A DNA stretch of 33,790 nucleotides, taken from positions 1 through 33,790 of the forward strand of contig CAJNYD010000446.1 in NCBI GenBank assembly GCA_905331295.1, written 5' to 3'. Shown one piece after another: positions 11,973 to 24,239 of this stretch; the first letter of the stretch is position 1; the number at the start of each line of letters is the position of its first letter. This stretch comes from Rotaria socialis (taxonomy: Eukaryota). Below the pieces are notes generated by a model. That model was not told the DNA's origin. It was given only the letters and a program-made list of their open reading frames with translations, and searched no databases. Made by a program: the position numbers and the translations under genes.

Positions 11973-14900
11973 GAGATAATGTGATCATAGAAGCCAATCA
12001 TCAGAATCATAGAAAAAATTATATTATGAGAATAATAGAAATAATATGAGAAGTAAATTCTATTGTTTTACCTCTCGCATAGCTTCATTAAGACGACTTT
12101 CAGTATTGACAATATTTTTCTTAAGAGTGGTTAGATCATCTAAAGTTCTTCTATATTTAATTTCATATTGTTTGATTTGATTTGTTTCAATAATACCATT
12201 ATTGTGATCATCCTAAACAGTAGTTATTTAAATGTATGAAATAAATTAAATGTCATTTAAAAAAAAACTGAAAAATCCTGTATTCAATAAACAGCTTCAT
12301 TCAACGAATAAAAATGTTAATTTAGCGCATAATAAAAGCGTTTAGTAAAATGTTTTGTTTCAAAAGCATCTCAATTAATATAAAATTCAAATAGTTTAAC
12401 TCCATACACTTAACCAATCTAAATAAAGGTTTGACAAAAAATAAAAATAATGCGTACATCTTCACTACTTGACTTAAGTGTTGGGTGTGTATCAATAATA
12501 ATGCCGGAATCAGATGTGGGTACTTTGTTTATGTGAATTGATTGCTTTTTATGGCAAGATAAATCCATATTGTTCGCATCGAAATCAATAGGATAAAGAA
12601 TTTTCGATGGTGCTTGATGTGAGATTAAATCAATACTTTTTAGACTAGATGCTTTACGTTTTTGAGAATTTATTCGATCTTGTTGAGCACTGTAATCTGA
12701 TCGAGTGAAAAGGTTTTCATCAGATGATGAAAGTGACACCGAAGATATTGACGAATCAGACAAATGAGTTTCTTCAATTTTTACGTTTATTGAATAATGA
12801 TTATTATGAATTGAAGTAAGAGGTTCTTGTAAACGACGAGCAATATGATTACTAGCAGCATGCGGAACTAAAAGACCATTCGTAAGAATACGTCGAGTAC
12901 ATGATGATTTTCGCCCAGGATTATCTGAGATTTGATTTATTTTTGATTTATTTTCATCGATAAGCGTTGACATTTGATCCAATAACGAACAGTCTGTCAG
13001 AGAGTGATGGATACTAAGAACATCTTCGTTCAAAGCTAGAAAACAAAGATGTTCATTGGAAAAAAGATTTGATAATAAAATCGAACAGAAAAAGATAAAA
13101 TCATGTTTGTTTTTGCTATATAAAACCAAACATGTGTAAAAATTATACGCTCACTTGTAGTTGGCAATTGTGATTTTGGTGTTGATGTTGGTGAAATGAA
13201 ATCTGATAGACTTGATGATGATGTTTGAAATACTTTCATTTTTTGAATATGTTGAGAAGATGGTTGTGACGATGGTAATTCATTATGATCCATGACAGGA
13301 TTTGGTTGTTCATCGACTGAAGTTACAAATAACATGGGTGATGATCGTGAAGATGATTGCTGTTTAGGAGAAAGAAATGAAGAATTCTTTTCAGCATTAA
13401 TAGCCGGTAATGAAGATGAGTTTTCATCGTTAATTGTAGTTAACAATGAGGTAGATAATATGGACGAAGGATTATTAACTTTAGAAGTGATCTTTGTTGT
13501 TGTTGTTGTTGTTCCACATAAACGAGAAGCTGAAAGAACATTGGTCAAATTAGGACAGGGTTTAAAAAAAGCATCTGTATAACATGAACCGATACGATTT
13601 CGATTCATAGTGGAAGATAGATGGAATAAAGTAGTTGAAGTAGTCGATTTTTGTTTTGGTTGAATTGTTGAAGACTTAAACAGTAAACAAACAAAAATTG
13701 ATACGATATTTTTGAAATAAATATTCTTTTCACTTTAGTTGATGTATCAACATTTGCAATATCGTAGACAACTAATTTATCATCTGTATTGTTATCGATT
13801 TCTTCTTCTTCTTCTTCTTCTTCTTCTTCTATTTCAGGTTGTGGACTTGGAGTTTCATAAATAGTTGAAAGACGTTCCGTGCTATTTTCACAGTGATCTA
13901 TATTAATTGATAATAGATTACTCATATCGTGTATTTCACGTTTATTCATCTGATTATCATTCTCATATGTATCAGTTTGATCATCATTATCATTTTCTAA
14001 TGTTATTATTGGTATTGAATTTTCACTAATTTCTAATAAAAGTTGCTGTCGTTGTTGTTTCTCTTCATCATCATCTCGTTGCAATTGTTCAAGTTCTTCT
14101 TCATTTTCTTCAGTAATTGTCAAACAATTATTGTTAATAGAAGAATGAATAAGGCTAACTGATGGTTCATAATTATTTTCTTCAAGTGAAAAATCATCTT
14201 CCTATATTGAAATAAACGAAGTTTACATATTAGCTAATAAACGAATAGACGAGACTTACAAAAAATATGGCTAATCTTGAATTTGGTTGATGTACAGTTT
14301 GTTGATCATCGGATAGATCAATATTATAGACAAAATTATCAGCAATGGATTGTTGTTGTTCACATTCTATAAATGCAGCTAATTCTTTATCATAGATTTT
14401 AGTTGGTGAAACAGGCGCTGATCGACTTCGTTGTATTTCTAAATCATTTTCGTTACTTTCATCGTCATGTCCAATGCCAGATAAATCAAGCTCAACTCTT
14501 GTTGTATTTGAAATATTATTACTAGTATCGTGATTTGTTGAAATATCCCGATCTTTTCCTTGGCGATATCGTCGATTTATTAGTAAATCGTCAACACTTC
14601 TACTTTTACTTTGATATTTGATCTTTGATATTAACGTCGAACTATTATGACTTCGTTTGAGCAAATCTTCAAGTGCAATAAGTAAATGACGAGATGATGA
14701 CTCTTCTAAAATAGTAGAACATATGTTCGATATTACATCATTCACTCACCTATTTTTCTCTTTCATTTGACACCTTTCGTTAAGTCATATTTTTATGTAC
14801 ACTAATTGAAACTACATAAAAACTTTAAAAGTTTTGCATCATCAGTCTTACGAAAACTAGTATTCAGAATTTCTCTATTTTGATGGCCACATTAATCTTA

Positions 14901-15241
14901 TTTCTTATATATTTATAATCATCCGAAAGGACTGTCTGCTAAACGGGTTAATCTAATATTAATATAATGTCAATTCTATTTACAGAATGTATGAATGCTG
15001 TGTTGTTCTTCCGAACAATGTTGCGTGATAAATGTGCATGAATTTATGCAGGTTGTCTTTCTGTTCTTTTCTAAGGCAATTTGTTTTCAGTCAGACATTG
15101 TCATACGATTGATCATTGTTATGTCGCATTATATTCTTATAGTAATAATAATAACGCACTAAGAACACTTAAGCTGCATTTTTACTGACCTTGTGGTTGT
15201 TCATCATCTTCATCCATTTTCCAATCGATACTTTCTGCCAT
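9785..15241 (-). CDS. PHLDB: Pleckstrin homology-like domain family B (LL5/PHLDB) protein; multi-exon, low-complexity N-terminus, coiled coils, C-terminal PH domain
   Basis: Last exon RPLTRYLPIR..FDLRAHIEGAGH...CRGYLHKMGGIKFKTWNRRWFVFD...EVYVDHL...IITGAEG is the LL5 signature; coiled-coil exon LEIEQALIEGE. Phase-compatible exons 15241-15190 (MAESIDWKMDEDDEQPQ), 14705-14260, 14201-13734, 13674-13155, 13035-12458, 12212-12072 and 11511-11362, then several short exons down to the stop at 9785. Confidence 0.88.
11942..11967. repeat. (GA)n microsatellite in a PHLDB intron
   Basis: Direct reading. Confidence 0.95.
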
Positions 15242-17261
15242 ATTTATGTATAAAAGTTCATCAATTAATCATAGATTGGCCATCAATAACCAATGAATGA
15301 ATAGAACATTAAAAGTCTTCAAAGTACGAGTTTTGAATAAATATGTATCTGTATGAATGTATGAGGGAAAGAAAGAAGAGAAAGAAAATGACTAAACCAT
15401 CTTCATTCATGTATGTACTCGAGTGTATTCGACCTTGCGAGAGTTGCAAGCGTGCAATCGCTACGTGTAATAAGAATGAGAATAGCGTGCGAGAATACAG
15501 TCGTATCAATGCACGACAGCACACATGCTAACGCCCCAAAAGAAACATAAGCGAAAGAGAAAAGGATAGAAGAAACAAAATGCGTGTGTCGATCAGCACA
15601 AAAAGAAAAATGACATCAAGATACATCTCGTCGACAAATCGAGGAAAAAAGAACAGCAAGGGACAGACAAAGAAAAAGCTTACTGTCCAGAGACAGATCT
15701 TCTATTGGCTTGACAACAATAATATTGATTTCTTTCTCTTTTCGTTTTTGAACAGAGACTTCGTCATACAAAATGGAAACAAAATATTATTCACGATATT
15801 CTGTCAAATATTGACGAAGAACTTTGAATGTAGAAGAACAAAAGCATAAGTCAATAAGAAAAACTATCCATATTATTATCTGTTTGGTGAATTGCTCTCT
15901 CATGCAAATGTAGTCAGATACTATTTTAGTAGACTAATTAATTAGTGATCTGTTCAATATTCTGATCAAGATAAAACAAATATGTTTATTTATTGAACTT
16001 TATAGCTGTGATACTAAATTATTATTGAGGTTAATGAAATTTTGATGAAATACCAAGTATTTGCAATGCAGTACCTTATGATATCTCTTCGCGTACATCA
16101 ATATAAACAACACTTATTTTTCATGATTGGAGTCAGTTAACTGTAAATGTAGCATGTATAGCAGCATAACTTGTTTTATTTGTTGCACTTTACTTGAAAC
16201 AGACAAATAAACTATAAAAGTAAAAAGGAATTTATATAAATTTCATTAAACGTTAATCTACGAAAATCGACAAACCATGTGGTGCCTTTTTCTGATCTTC
16301 ACATTTTTAACGATAGTATCAGATCATTAACATCAGCTGCTATTGAACCATATAAAACAGTAACAGTACTTGAACTTGGATAAGAAATTTGTTCTATTAA
16401 AAACATGCAAAACGAAAGGTTTTTAATCAGAATTTATTGCATATGTTTTTTTTGAATCAGTTAGTCACAGTTGCTTTATTTCATTGCCGAACAGTAATGA
16501 GCGAGGTTGAAGCACTGATGTTAAAAATTAAAGAAAAAATAATTCCTCATATGCTGAATGAATTTCTGATAATCTTAAAACAGCTGTGTTTGATACTGTA
16601 TCAAATAGACTAAAGATATTCATGGCTTCAAGTTTTTTTTTGTAAAGAATATTACCTATGAGTCAGTTGTGCTCTACAATTTTTATTAACAGCTCATTAA
16701 CCTGCTCAACGGTGGGGCTTTTTTCACTTTATCTCCTAAATATCTGTACAAATTCAAGTCAAATAAGGGTAATATTCTAAAAAATATACGAGTTTCGTTG
16801 TCGAATAATTCATCTGAGAAGTTTGATTGGAACCCTTCTTTCTTTACCATTTTTATGATTGAAACATATACCAGAGATGTCCACAGAGCAGGCTTACCCT
16901 GTCCTGTGCCCTGTCATGCCCTACTCTGAACAGAGACAGGGGTAGACGTGGGAAATTGCAGGGCAGGGTGAGAGATATACCCTGCAAAATGATTACTCAG
17001 TTGTTTGAATTTCTGATTCGAAAAAAATACCAAATTATGCGCAAGAACAGTGCTTTGAATATATTAGAGAACAAACTAAAAAAGTACGTGAAAAGCAAAC
17101 AAAACAACAACACTTCATCGAACCACAAAAAAAGATTTACGTTAGAGTAGAAAACGATTTTTGCGCGATTTGAATCTGGAAGTTTAATGAAGAGATTACC
17201 GATAATAAATAACAGTAGCGGAGATGAAAGTGAAGAATATGATTATACCATAAAAAGAGTT

Positions 17262-17721
17262 GATGAACTTGATTGATATCGACTGTTTGAATTCGATAAT
17301 AATAAAGAAATAAAGCAACCGTTAGATTTTTGGAAAAATCATCAAGAAACTTTTCCATATCTTTCAAAGTATGCTCGATCAATATTTTCAATTCCTGTAA
17401 CAACAACAAATGTGGAGAGAGAATTTTCCGCAGCTGGCTGGATTGTGAACGAAAGAAGAACAAATCCTCCACCAGATAGTAGGCGTGTAACAGTTCGGCT
17501 TTAGATCTGATCTGATCAGAAGAAGTGGCGGAAAAGATCAGAGGGACTCACTGAACAAATGTGTGGATCTGATCTGATCTGTTATAATCATTCAGATCAG
17601 ATCAGAAGATCTGTTTGAACAGATCTCTGGATCTGATCTGAGATCTGTTATACCCCTGCCAGATAGTCTAGAGAGCATTTTATTAGTAAGATCAGCGGGA
17701 AAACGTTCACATAAAAAGTAA
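17262..17721 (+). pseudogene. hAT transposase C-terminal dimerisation-domain remnant, interrupted by a MITE
   Basis: DELD*YRL...PLDFWKNHQETFPYLSKYARSIFSIPVTTTNVEREFSAAGWIVNERRTNPPPDS. After removing the insert and one TSD copy the frame continues LESILLVRSAGKRSHKK*. Confidence 0.9.
17480..17658. mobile_element. 179-bp hAT-type MITE rich in AGATC/GATCT motifs, nested in the hAT remnant
   Basis: Perfect 8-bp TSD CCAGATAG at 17472-17479 and 17659-17666. TIR TAGGCGTGTAACAG vs reverse-complement CAGGGGTATAACAG (11/14). Confidence 0.9.
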
Positions 17722-20203
17722 ATTATCTATTTATTGTTAGTTTTTTTCTTGTTCATAGTGGTTATCTTATTTTCTGCTGTTATTTTTGTAAATTTTGTTG
17801 AATTGAAGTTCTACAATAAACTTGTGAGTCTAAGTTATGTATATTGTATCATTCGTTTTTCTTCTTATTACCCACTTATTTATTCTGTTGTTTGGGGTGG
17901 AATATTACTATTATTCTAAAATCAGTTTAATTTAAATTTTAAATTTAAAAAAATCCTCTAAGATTCAATGAGAAAAATGTATTTTTATTATAAAATATAT
18001 GTAAAATTACAGCACAGACACTATTTTCAATTCAGCAGGGTACCGTACCCTGCCTTATCTCAAGACCGATAGGGCAGACCAGGGGCACGATGCATCTTAA
18101 ATCTATTCATTTTTATTCAGCAGGGCAGTACAGGGTACAAAAAGTCACCTTGTGGACATCTCTGGCATATACTTATGATAGAATCACGAAGAATTGATAC
18201 GTGGGCTTGTGTGCTTTATGAATAATTAAAATCGACTTTTCTAAATTTCAATAATCTGTTTTTCGACAATTTAGCTTTCGATAAAAGTTTAGAGATTTGA
18301 AAAATTGTTGTAACGAAATAAAAGTTTTTTAAATGTTTATATTTACTTATACTTATTACTTCGGAATTTTAGGGTGCGTGTTGATCGAGTTACGCAAGAA
18401 AATATTTTATCGGAGACAAAAATCACTAAACTATTCCCAAGAGTTGTGATAAAATACAAGTAGTAATAGTTCTTTGTTCATAAAATAATCTACAAAACAT
18501 TTCGAAGCATGAATATATTTCTTTTCTTTTTCTCTCACATATGAAACATATCGAATGATATCTTTATGGAAAAACTGATAAAGTATTGTTGTAAACGAGT
18601 TTCGAGAATATCAACAATTAGTTGAATGTAATCTGTCTCAACTATTCTGTGTATTTTAGTCTTTGGTACAAACCCAAAAAATATCGTTGAAGTCTTTATT
18701 TTATTCTCCAATAGCGGAACGGACTAACTACCGAATGATTCATAATGAATGACCTACTTTTGTGTTGCTCTTTTTGTTCATGATTTTGAACTTCTATTCC
18801 AAAAATAGTGTTCACTATGAATTTAGACAGAACATCTAATTTTACACATTTTTATTATTTATTGCTGAATTGAACAAAATACTGAGCAGTCAATCCTGAA
18901 TGCTACGAATAAGATCATTGAAGAATTTTGTTGAAGTAACACACGAGTAATGATGCAAGCATTGAGATCATGGTCAGAACTTTTCGATGGCTATCTCTGA
19001 TTATAGATATACGGTACAAAATTCTATGAACATTTAACTAGAGGATACATTAGGAAGCTAGATTTTCATTACATCGTGTAGACTTTTTCATGTTGCCTCT
19101 CATGGTGTATATATTGGTTTTTGGAATAGGCGTTCAGGATCAGGGAAAGAAGCAAAAAATAGGTCATTGGTTTTAGATCATTTGATTTCTTCTATTCAAT
19201 GAAAAATTGGTACACGAAACTTTTAGACTGAAGTTTCAGTCACATCCAAAATGACGATGACTATTAGCTGATGATGCATAAGTTATCATAAAATTTAACT
19301 AGGTAGGTTCGAAGCTTGTAAATTTTGACCACGAGTTTTATTGGTTGAATCAACATCTTACAATATTCAGTACGATGAAATCTTGCTAGATTCTACAACA
19401 TGTACTGACTAATTTTAGAAGTAAAATTTTGTACGCAGATTCATGAAATCAATTTCCAATTCACTCTAAAATGCCATGATTATTTATTTCTGCGATATTT
19501 ACAGCTGTCTAACAATATCAATATGTTGTTTTTGTTACAAGAACGATTAGTTTATAGGAATTAGAAGAATCCTAAACAAAAATTGATCACCAAAATTCAA
19601 ATAATGACTACCTCAAGATCACTATTGGGACAAGAATGACTTAGCCACGGTTAGTGTCGACAATGTGTACGAAATAAAACAGCTTTGTTGTTCAATTTTA
19701 GTAACACATTTTTGTTTATAGGCCATGATAATTAATCTTCTATTTCAAACGATTTATCTGGAATATACCAACTGATATTTATTCGTTAGAACTTAGAATA
19801 GTAAAAGACTGCAAAAATATTCGAGATCACCAATTTTTTGTAAACAAAAAAGCGTTTCTGGTTTTAATAAGCTGACCCAATAGTTTTTGAAAGAGAAAAG
19901 TCGAAACTTCACCACAAAGTCTCAACTAGGATAAGAAATGAGACTGAAGAAATTCTAAAACCAATAACACATAAACTATTCAAAACAAGCTACCTCAAAG
20001 TCTATTTTTGAACGCTTCTGTTCATTTGGTTAGAATGCATCATATAGAAAAAGGACTAATGACAAGGAGTCTGCGCAATCTTTTTCTTTATTGCGGTACT
20101 TTATTACTGGTAAGATAAAACTAGACCTACTCAATATTCGACTTCAGCGATGTTGATTGTCTAGTTAGATAAATTTCTTTGTTGAAAATCAGAGACCTGG
20201 TAT

Positions 20204-20276
20204 GTTCTGTTGGTGTAGCGGTTATCACATCTGCTTAACACGCAGAAGGTCGCAGGTTCGACACCTGCACAGAACA
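20204..20276 (+). tRNA. trnV-AAC: tRNA-Val (AAC)
   Basis: 73 nt; acceptor stem GTTCTGT/ACAGAAC; anticodon arm TCTGC-TTAACAC-GCAGA; T-arm GCAGG-TTCGACA-CCTGC; downstream T-run (Pol III terminator). Confidence 0.97.
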
Positions 20277-20465
20277 GATTAATTTTTTAAGTATTCTTAC
20301 TAAATAATACTCGATAGAAAATATAGAAAAACATATGCAATTGGCTATTAGTTTTTATAAACTTCATCTCATATGATAAAGATAAAGAAAAGCAATTATT
20401 CAAGTTTTTAGATTTATATTCTTTCAATCAGAAATAGGTGGTGCAATTTAGAAGGATCAAACGGT

Positions 20466-20538
20466 GTTCTGTTGGTGTAGCGGTTATCACATCTGCTTAA
20501 CACGCAGAAGGTCGCAGGTTCGACACCTGCACAGAACA
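20466..20538 (+). tRNA. trnV-AAC: tRNA-Val (AAC), second identical copy
   Basis: Identical to 20204-20276; followed by TTTTT. Confidence 0.97.
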
Positions 20539-21790
20539 GTCTCTTTTTATTTTATTGATTCTTTACTCAAGATCAATGAGGTCACATCTAGTATTATTTA
20601 TAGTCTAGTTTTTTTTCTGTTCTAGAGTATCAAGCAGCATGCCCAACGTGTTCAAGAAAAACTGTATCATGTTACTTGTCATTCAATGAATTATATAGCA
20701 TATTAAGAAAAAATAATTTGCTAAAGTTAGGAGGTACCTTGTTTCGTGAAACAGAAAGCGTGATGCCTATTCTAATCAATCATATCTATATTGAATAGTA
20801 TCTCATTAAATCCAAATAGCAAATGTCGCTCGTAGCGATTTGCTTGTTGGTTCATATGTTGGCAAATTTAATCGTTTCTTATTTCTCATCTATAATTTCA
20901 TTATACATGACGATAACCAGAGATCTACTGATTATTATCAAAATGAACTAAAAAACAGTAGAGAGACATGACAAAAAAAAATTATAATTTATAAAAGCAG
21001 TTACTAATATTTATTTTAAAAACATAATATAAACATGAAAATATTGTTACAATAAATTTTCACATATCTGTAGTTACTAAAATAATGCAGAATAGCATGC
21101 ACACATCTTGATCTTGGAAAACATAAATTTATTAAAAAAATTGCTGCAACAATGATATTGTCAATGGTATTTTAGGTTGATTTGCTCTCATATTTCAAGA
21201 AAAACGTTTTATTTTCGTTTGGCTCTGCTTTCAGAGAATTTTTAATAAACAGAAAAGTCGTTTATCATCTTAAATCTAATGCAGTGTCCAACGGAGTCAA
21301 ATTTCTTTTAAAGGATATAGAATATTGTTGGTATTGCTAGAATTTCTATGAGCGCTGTTTCTTTTTCTTGTTTGAACATGAAAAATGATGAAAGAATAAA
21401 TGTACATTTGTAACGAAAGAAGGAAAAACATAGTGCACTGATACTTAAATGAATACACTTCTGTGTCAATCAATTTAGACACTTGGAACAACATTATTTA
21501 TTCGTCTACTGGCAAGAATGTAGGTGTACGAAAAATTCATACTTACATTGATGCATACTGGCTTTATCGATCATATTTTAGTGCTCCTTCAACTTTTACA
21601 ATGTTATTCTAGTGGTTAGGTGTCCTTTAATAATTCTTTAATGCAAATTATTATAAGTTAAAGATATCGCAACACACAATGTTCGATTTACTACAATCGA
21701 AATCAAAGTCTAGCTACATACAAAGAAAGCATTCATTATTAAGATTATTATTTTTTGACGTAGTATAAGAGATGTTAGATATAGCTATAC

Positions 21791-22382
21791 CATAGGTGCC
21801 CACACGGCAGGGCTATATACTTGCATGCCCAGCACGTTTACATATACTAACTTTAGTTCGAAAATAACAGCAATTTTATTTTTCTCGGAAATATGAAAGA
21901 TACTAAAAAATCTAGATAGTGTTATTAAGTGGTAAACAGATTGTTATATTTGTGTTTGCATGATGACCGTGAGGTACAATCAAGTGGTAAGAAAAGAATA
22001 AAGGAATCATAATAGTGCACATGTATTTATAATTGTAATAGTTGCTGATCTTCTTATTGTTTCAAAAAAACTATTCATCGCTATCACCGTCGATAGATTC
22101 ACGTACTGATATATTATGTGTCTCTTCTGGTGATAAACATGAAGTTTCTATTCTCTCTTCGTTAAATATATCTACTGTGGGCCACCACTGGTGGTGCAAC
22201 TTCATCATATACACCTCTTCAATTAAGACTAATTTATTATTTGTTAATCATTAATCTATTTGCTGAATTATTTTTCAAATTAAAAAAATTACTTAAACTT
22301 TAATTTAGCATGAAAAAAATTCTTCTTAATTTGCAGGGCAGGGCAAGACAAGGCAATAAAATTGCCCCTGTGGACACCCCTG
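21791..22382. mobile_element. Non-autonomous hAT-type element related to the 16872-18164 element
   Basis: TIR CATAGGTGCCCACA vs reverse-complement CAGGGGTGTCCACA (11/14). Flanks AGCTATAC / ATATATAC (6/8 TSD). GCAGGG subterminal motifs. Confidence 0.72.
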
Positions 22383-23236
22383 ATATATACTATCAGTATC
22401 TAAATGTCGACAGTGATGAAATTCTATCTCTCGTTTTCCTTTTGATAATACATCAACACGCCCAATAAATAAATTCATTTTCAATCATCTCACTCAAAAT
22501 GGACAATTACAATTTTCTCCTAATTAGACATTAGTTGTTATTTATAGATTTTTTCCGAACATTGACAAATTTTTAAAGAAATTTTTGTGTGAGATCAATT
22601 TAGTTCTAATTTTGAATATTAAATTGAAAATCAAATCTTTTTATTTTATTTTAAATACAAAACTAGGTTAAAACTTGATTCGCCAAACAAGTTTCGCCAA
22701 ATAAAATCATACTGAAGATCAAAGTCAACAACAGTTCTTAAAATGAGAAATAATATGAAAGAAACTATAGTTGATGATTATATACAAGATCATTCATTTT
22801 ATCGTAATCATTTATTGTAGAAATCATTTTAATCTTTATACATTAATATCACTGAAGTATGACATTTATTAATGTGAAATTCAAGATATCTTTTAATGTA
22901 TTAAATCCTAAACATCATAACGTGCTATTCCAAGAATAAAGCAATAGTTATCTGCAAGTAAACGAAATATGACATGTGAAATTTATCTGTAGGTAGTATG
23001 GCCTATTTACGGAAGAATTTTCATAGAAAAATAATTTAGAATTCTTTCAATCTACTGTACAAAAAAAGATCAATAATTTTATTTCAGTATGTTAATCCGG
23101 TTAGTAGAAACAACTTCGCGACAAAAATCAAATAATCGTTATATAAATTTCTGCATAAAAATGAAATATGAATGCCATTAAAAGAGTAAATAAATCTTTT
23201 TTTCAAATAGATAATTAATAGTCTTGATTCTTTCTA

Positions 23237-24139
23237 CTTAGGGCAATCCGAAAGTCATGAGGGAGATTTCTTATTTCCTCAAGCAGAGGCCAAAAAAGGT
23301 TTCTTTTTACCAATAGATAGAGCACGTTTCGCTCTATTTTTCTATGCTATTTGATCACTATTCACGTAATATCATAATAGCAAAATTTCGATAAGATCGT
23401 TTCTTTCGTATATGCGCTGGTAGTATGAACATGAATGCTCGCAGGTAGTTTTTGAATAACGTTTAATAGCAACAAGATGCAGAGCTGTAGTTTGCACTAT
23501 TGGAAAGAGAACATGAAGGCGCATCGAACTGTAGATCACTGATTTTTCTAGCCTGTTTTTTGTAACATTTGTAGTTGACCTTTTAAAGAACAAACCTATC
23601 TGATGAGTTGTTTACAGTGAATTTTCAATAATCAGGTTCACATTAAAACTACTAATCGAAGATCTACAAACTGTGAAAGACTCAGGTGTTAAATTTAATT
23701 ATTTTGGGATAATACGTATTCTAGACGAACCTCTACTTCGATTTTCTATCAACTGTTGTTTTTCATAAAAAAAAGTATTTTTCGGAAGGTTAGAAAATTG
23801 AATAAAAGTACTTCAAAAATCCTATTAGAAACATCAGCGAGCTACAGTTCGATGCGTTTTCATTTCCTCCTTCCAATAGTGCAAACTGCAGTGCTGTATC
23901 TTGTTGCTATTCAACGTTATTCAAAAAATACTCGCGAGCATTCATGTTCATACTACCAGCGCATATATGAAAGCAACGATCTTATCGAAATTTTGCTATT
24001 ATGATATTAGTTGAATAGTGGTCAAATACCATAGAAAAACAGAGCGAAACATGCTCTATCTATTGGTAAAAAGAAACCTTTTTTGGCCTCTGCTTGAGGA
24101 AGTAAGATACATCCCTCACGACTTTTAGATTGCCCTAAG
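23237..24139. mobile_element. Foldback/MITE-like element: 314-bp inverted arms, 275-bp spacer, TA on both flanks
   Basis: Arms 23237-23550 and 23826-24139 are reverse complements, roughly 90% identical by eye (CTTAGGGCAATC...GATTGCCCTAAG). TA at 23235-23236 and 24140-24141 is consistent with a TA TSD. Confidence 0.85.
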
Positions 24140-24239
24140 TATTGTTTAAAAACAATCATACAATTCTTTTTCTGTTTATATTTTTCATAAATATTGAAAT
24201 AATCGAATAAAATAGTTCTCAATACACACAAAAAATAGT

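Larger units (their letters stand above)
16872..18164 (+). mobile_element. Non-autonomous, internally deleted hAT transposon
   Basis: Perfect 14-bp TIR CAGAGATGTCCACA / TGTGGACATCTCTG. 8-bp TSD ACATATAC / GCATATAC (7/8). Subterminal CAGGG/CCCTG motifs. Contains a remnant of the transposase C-terminus. Confidence 0.92.

Noticed and set aside
13292..13582. Plus-strand 96-aa ORF
   Set aside because: Antisense to a Ser/Thr-rich PHLDB exon.
13800..13830. (TTC)n repeat
   Set aside because: Encodes a poly-Glu tract in a PHLDB exon.
14706..14766. ATG at 14766 as the PHLDB start
   Set aside because: Splicing via the nearby donor leads to an early stop; the 15241-15190 exon is phase-compatible instead.
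15309..15849. Short ORFs upstream of PHLDB
   Set aside because: Low-complexity promoter or UTR-like sequence with no coding signature.
23372..24231. Similar ORFs 23372-23593 (-), 23756-24004 (+) and 24022-24231 (-) suggesting a duplicated gene
   Set aside because: They arise from the inverted arms of the foldback element and show no protein-like features.
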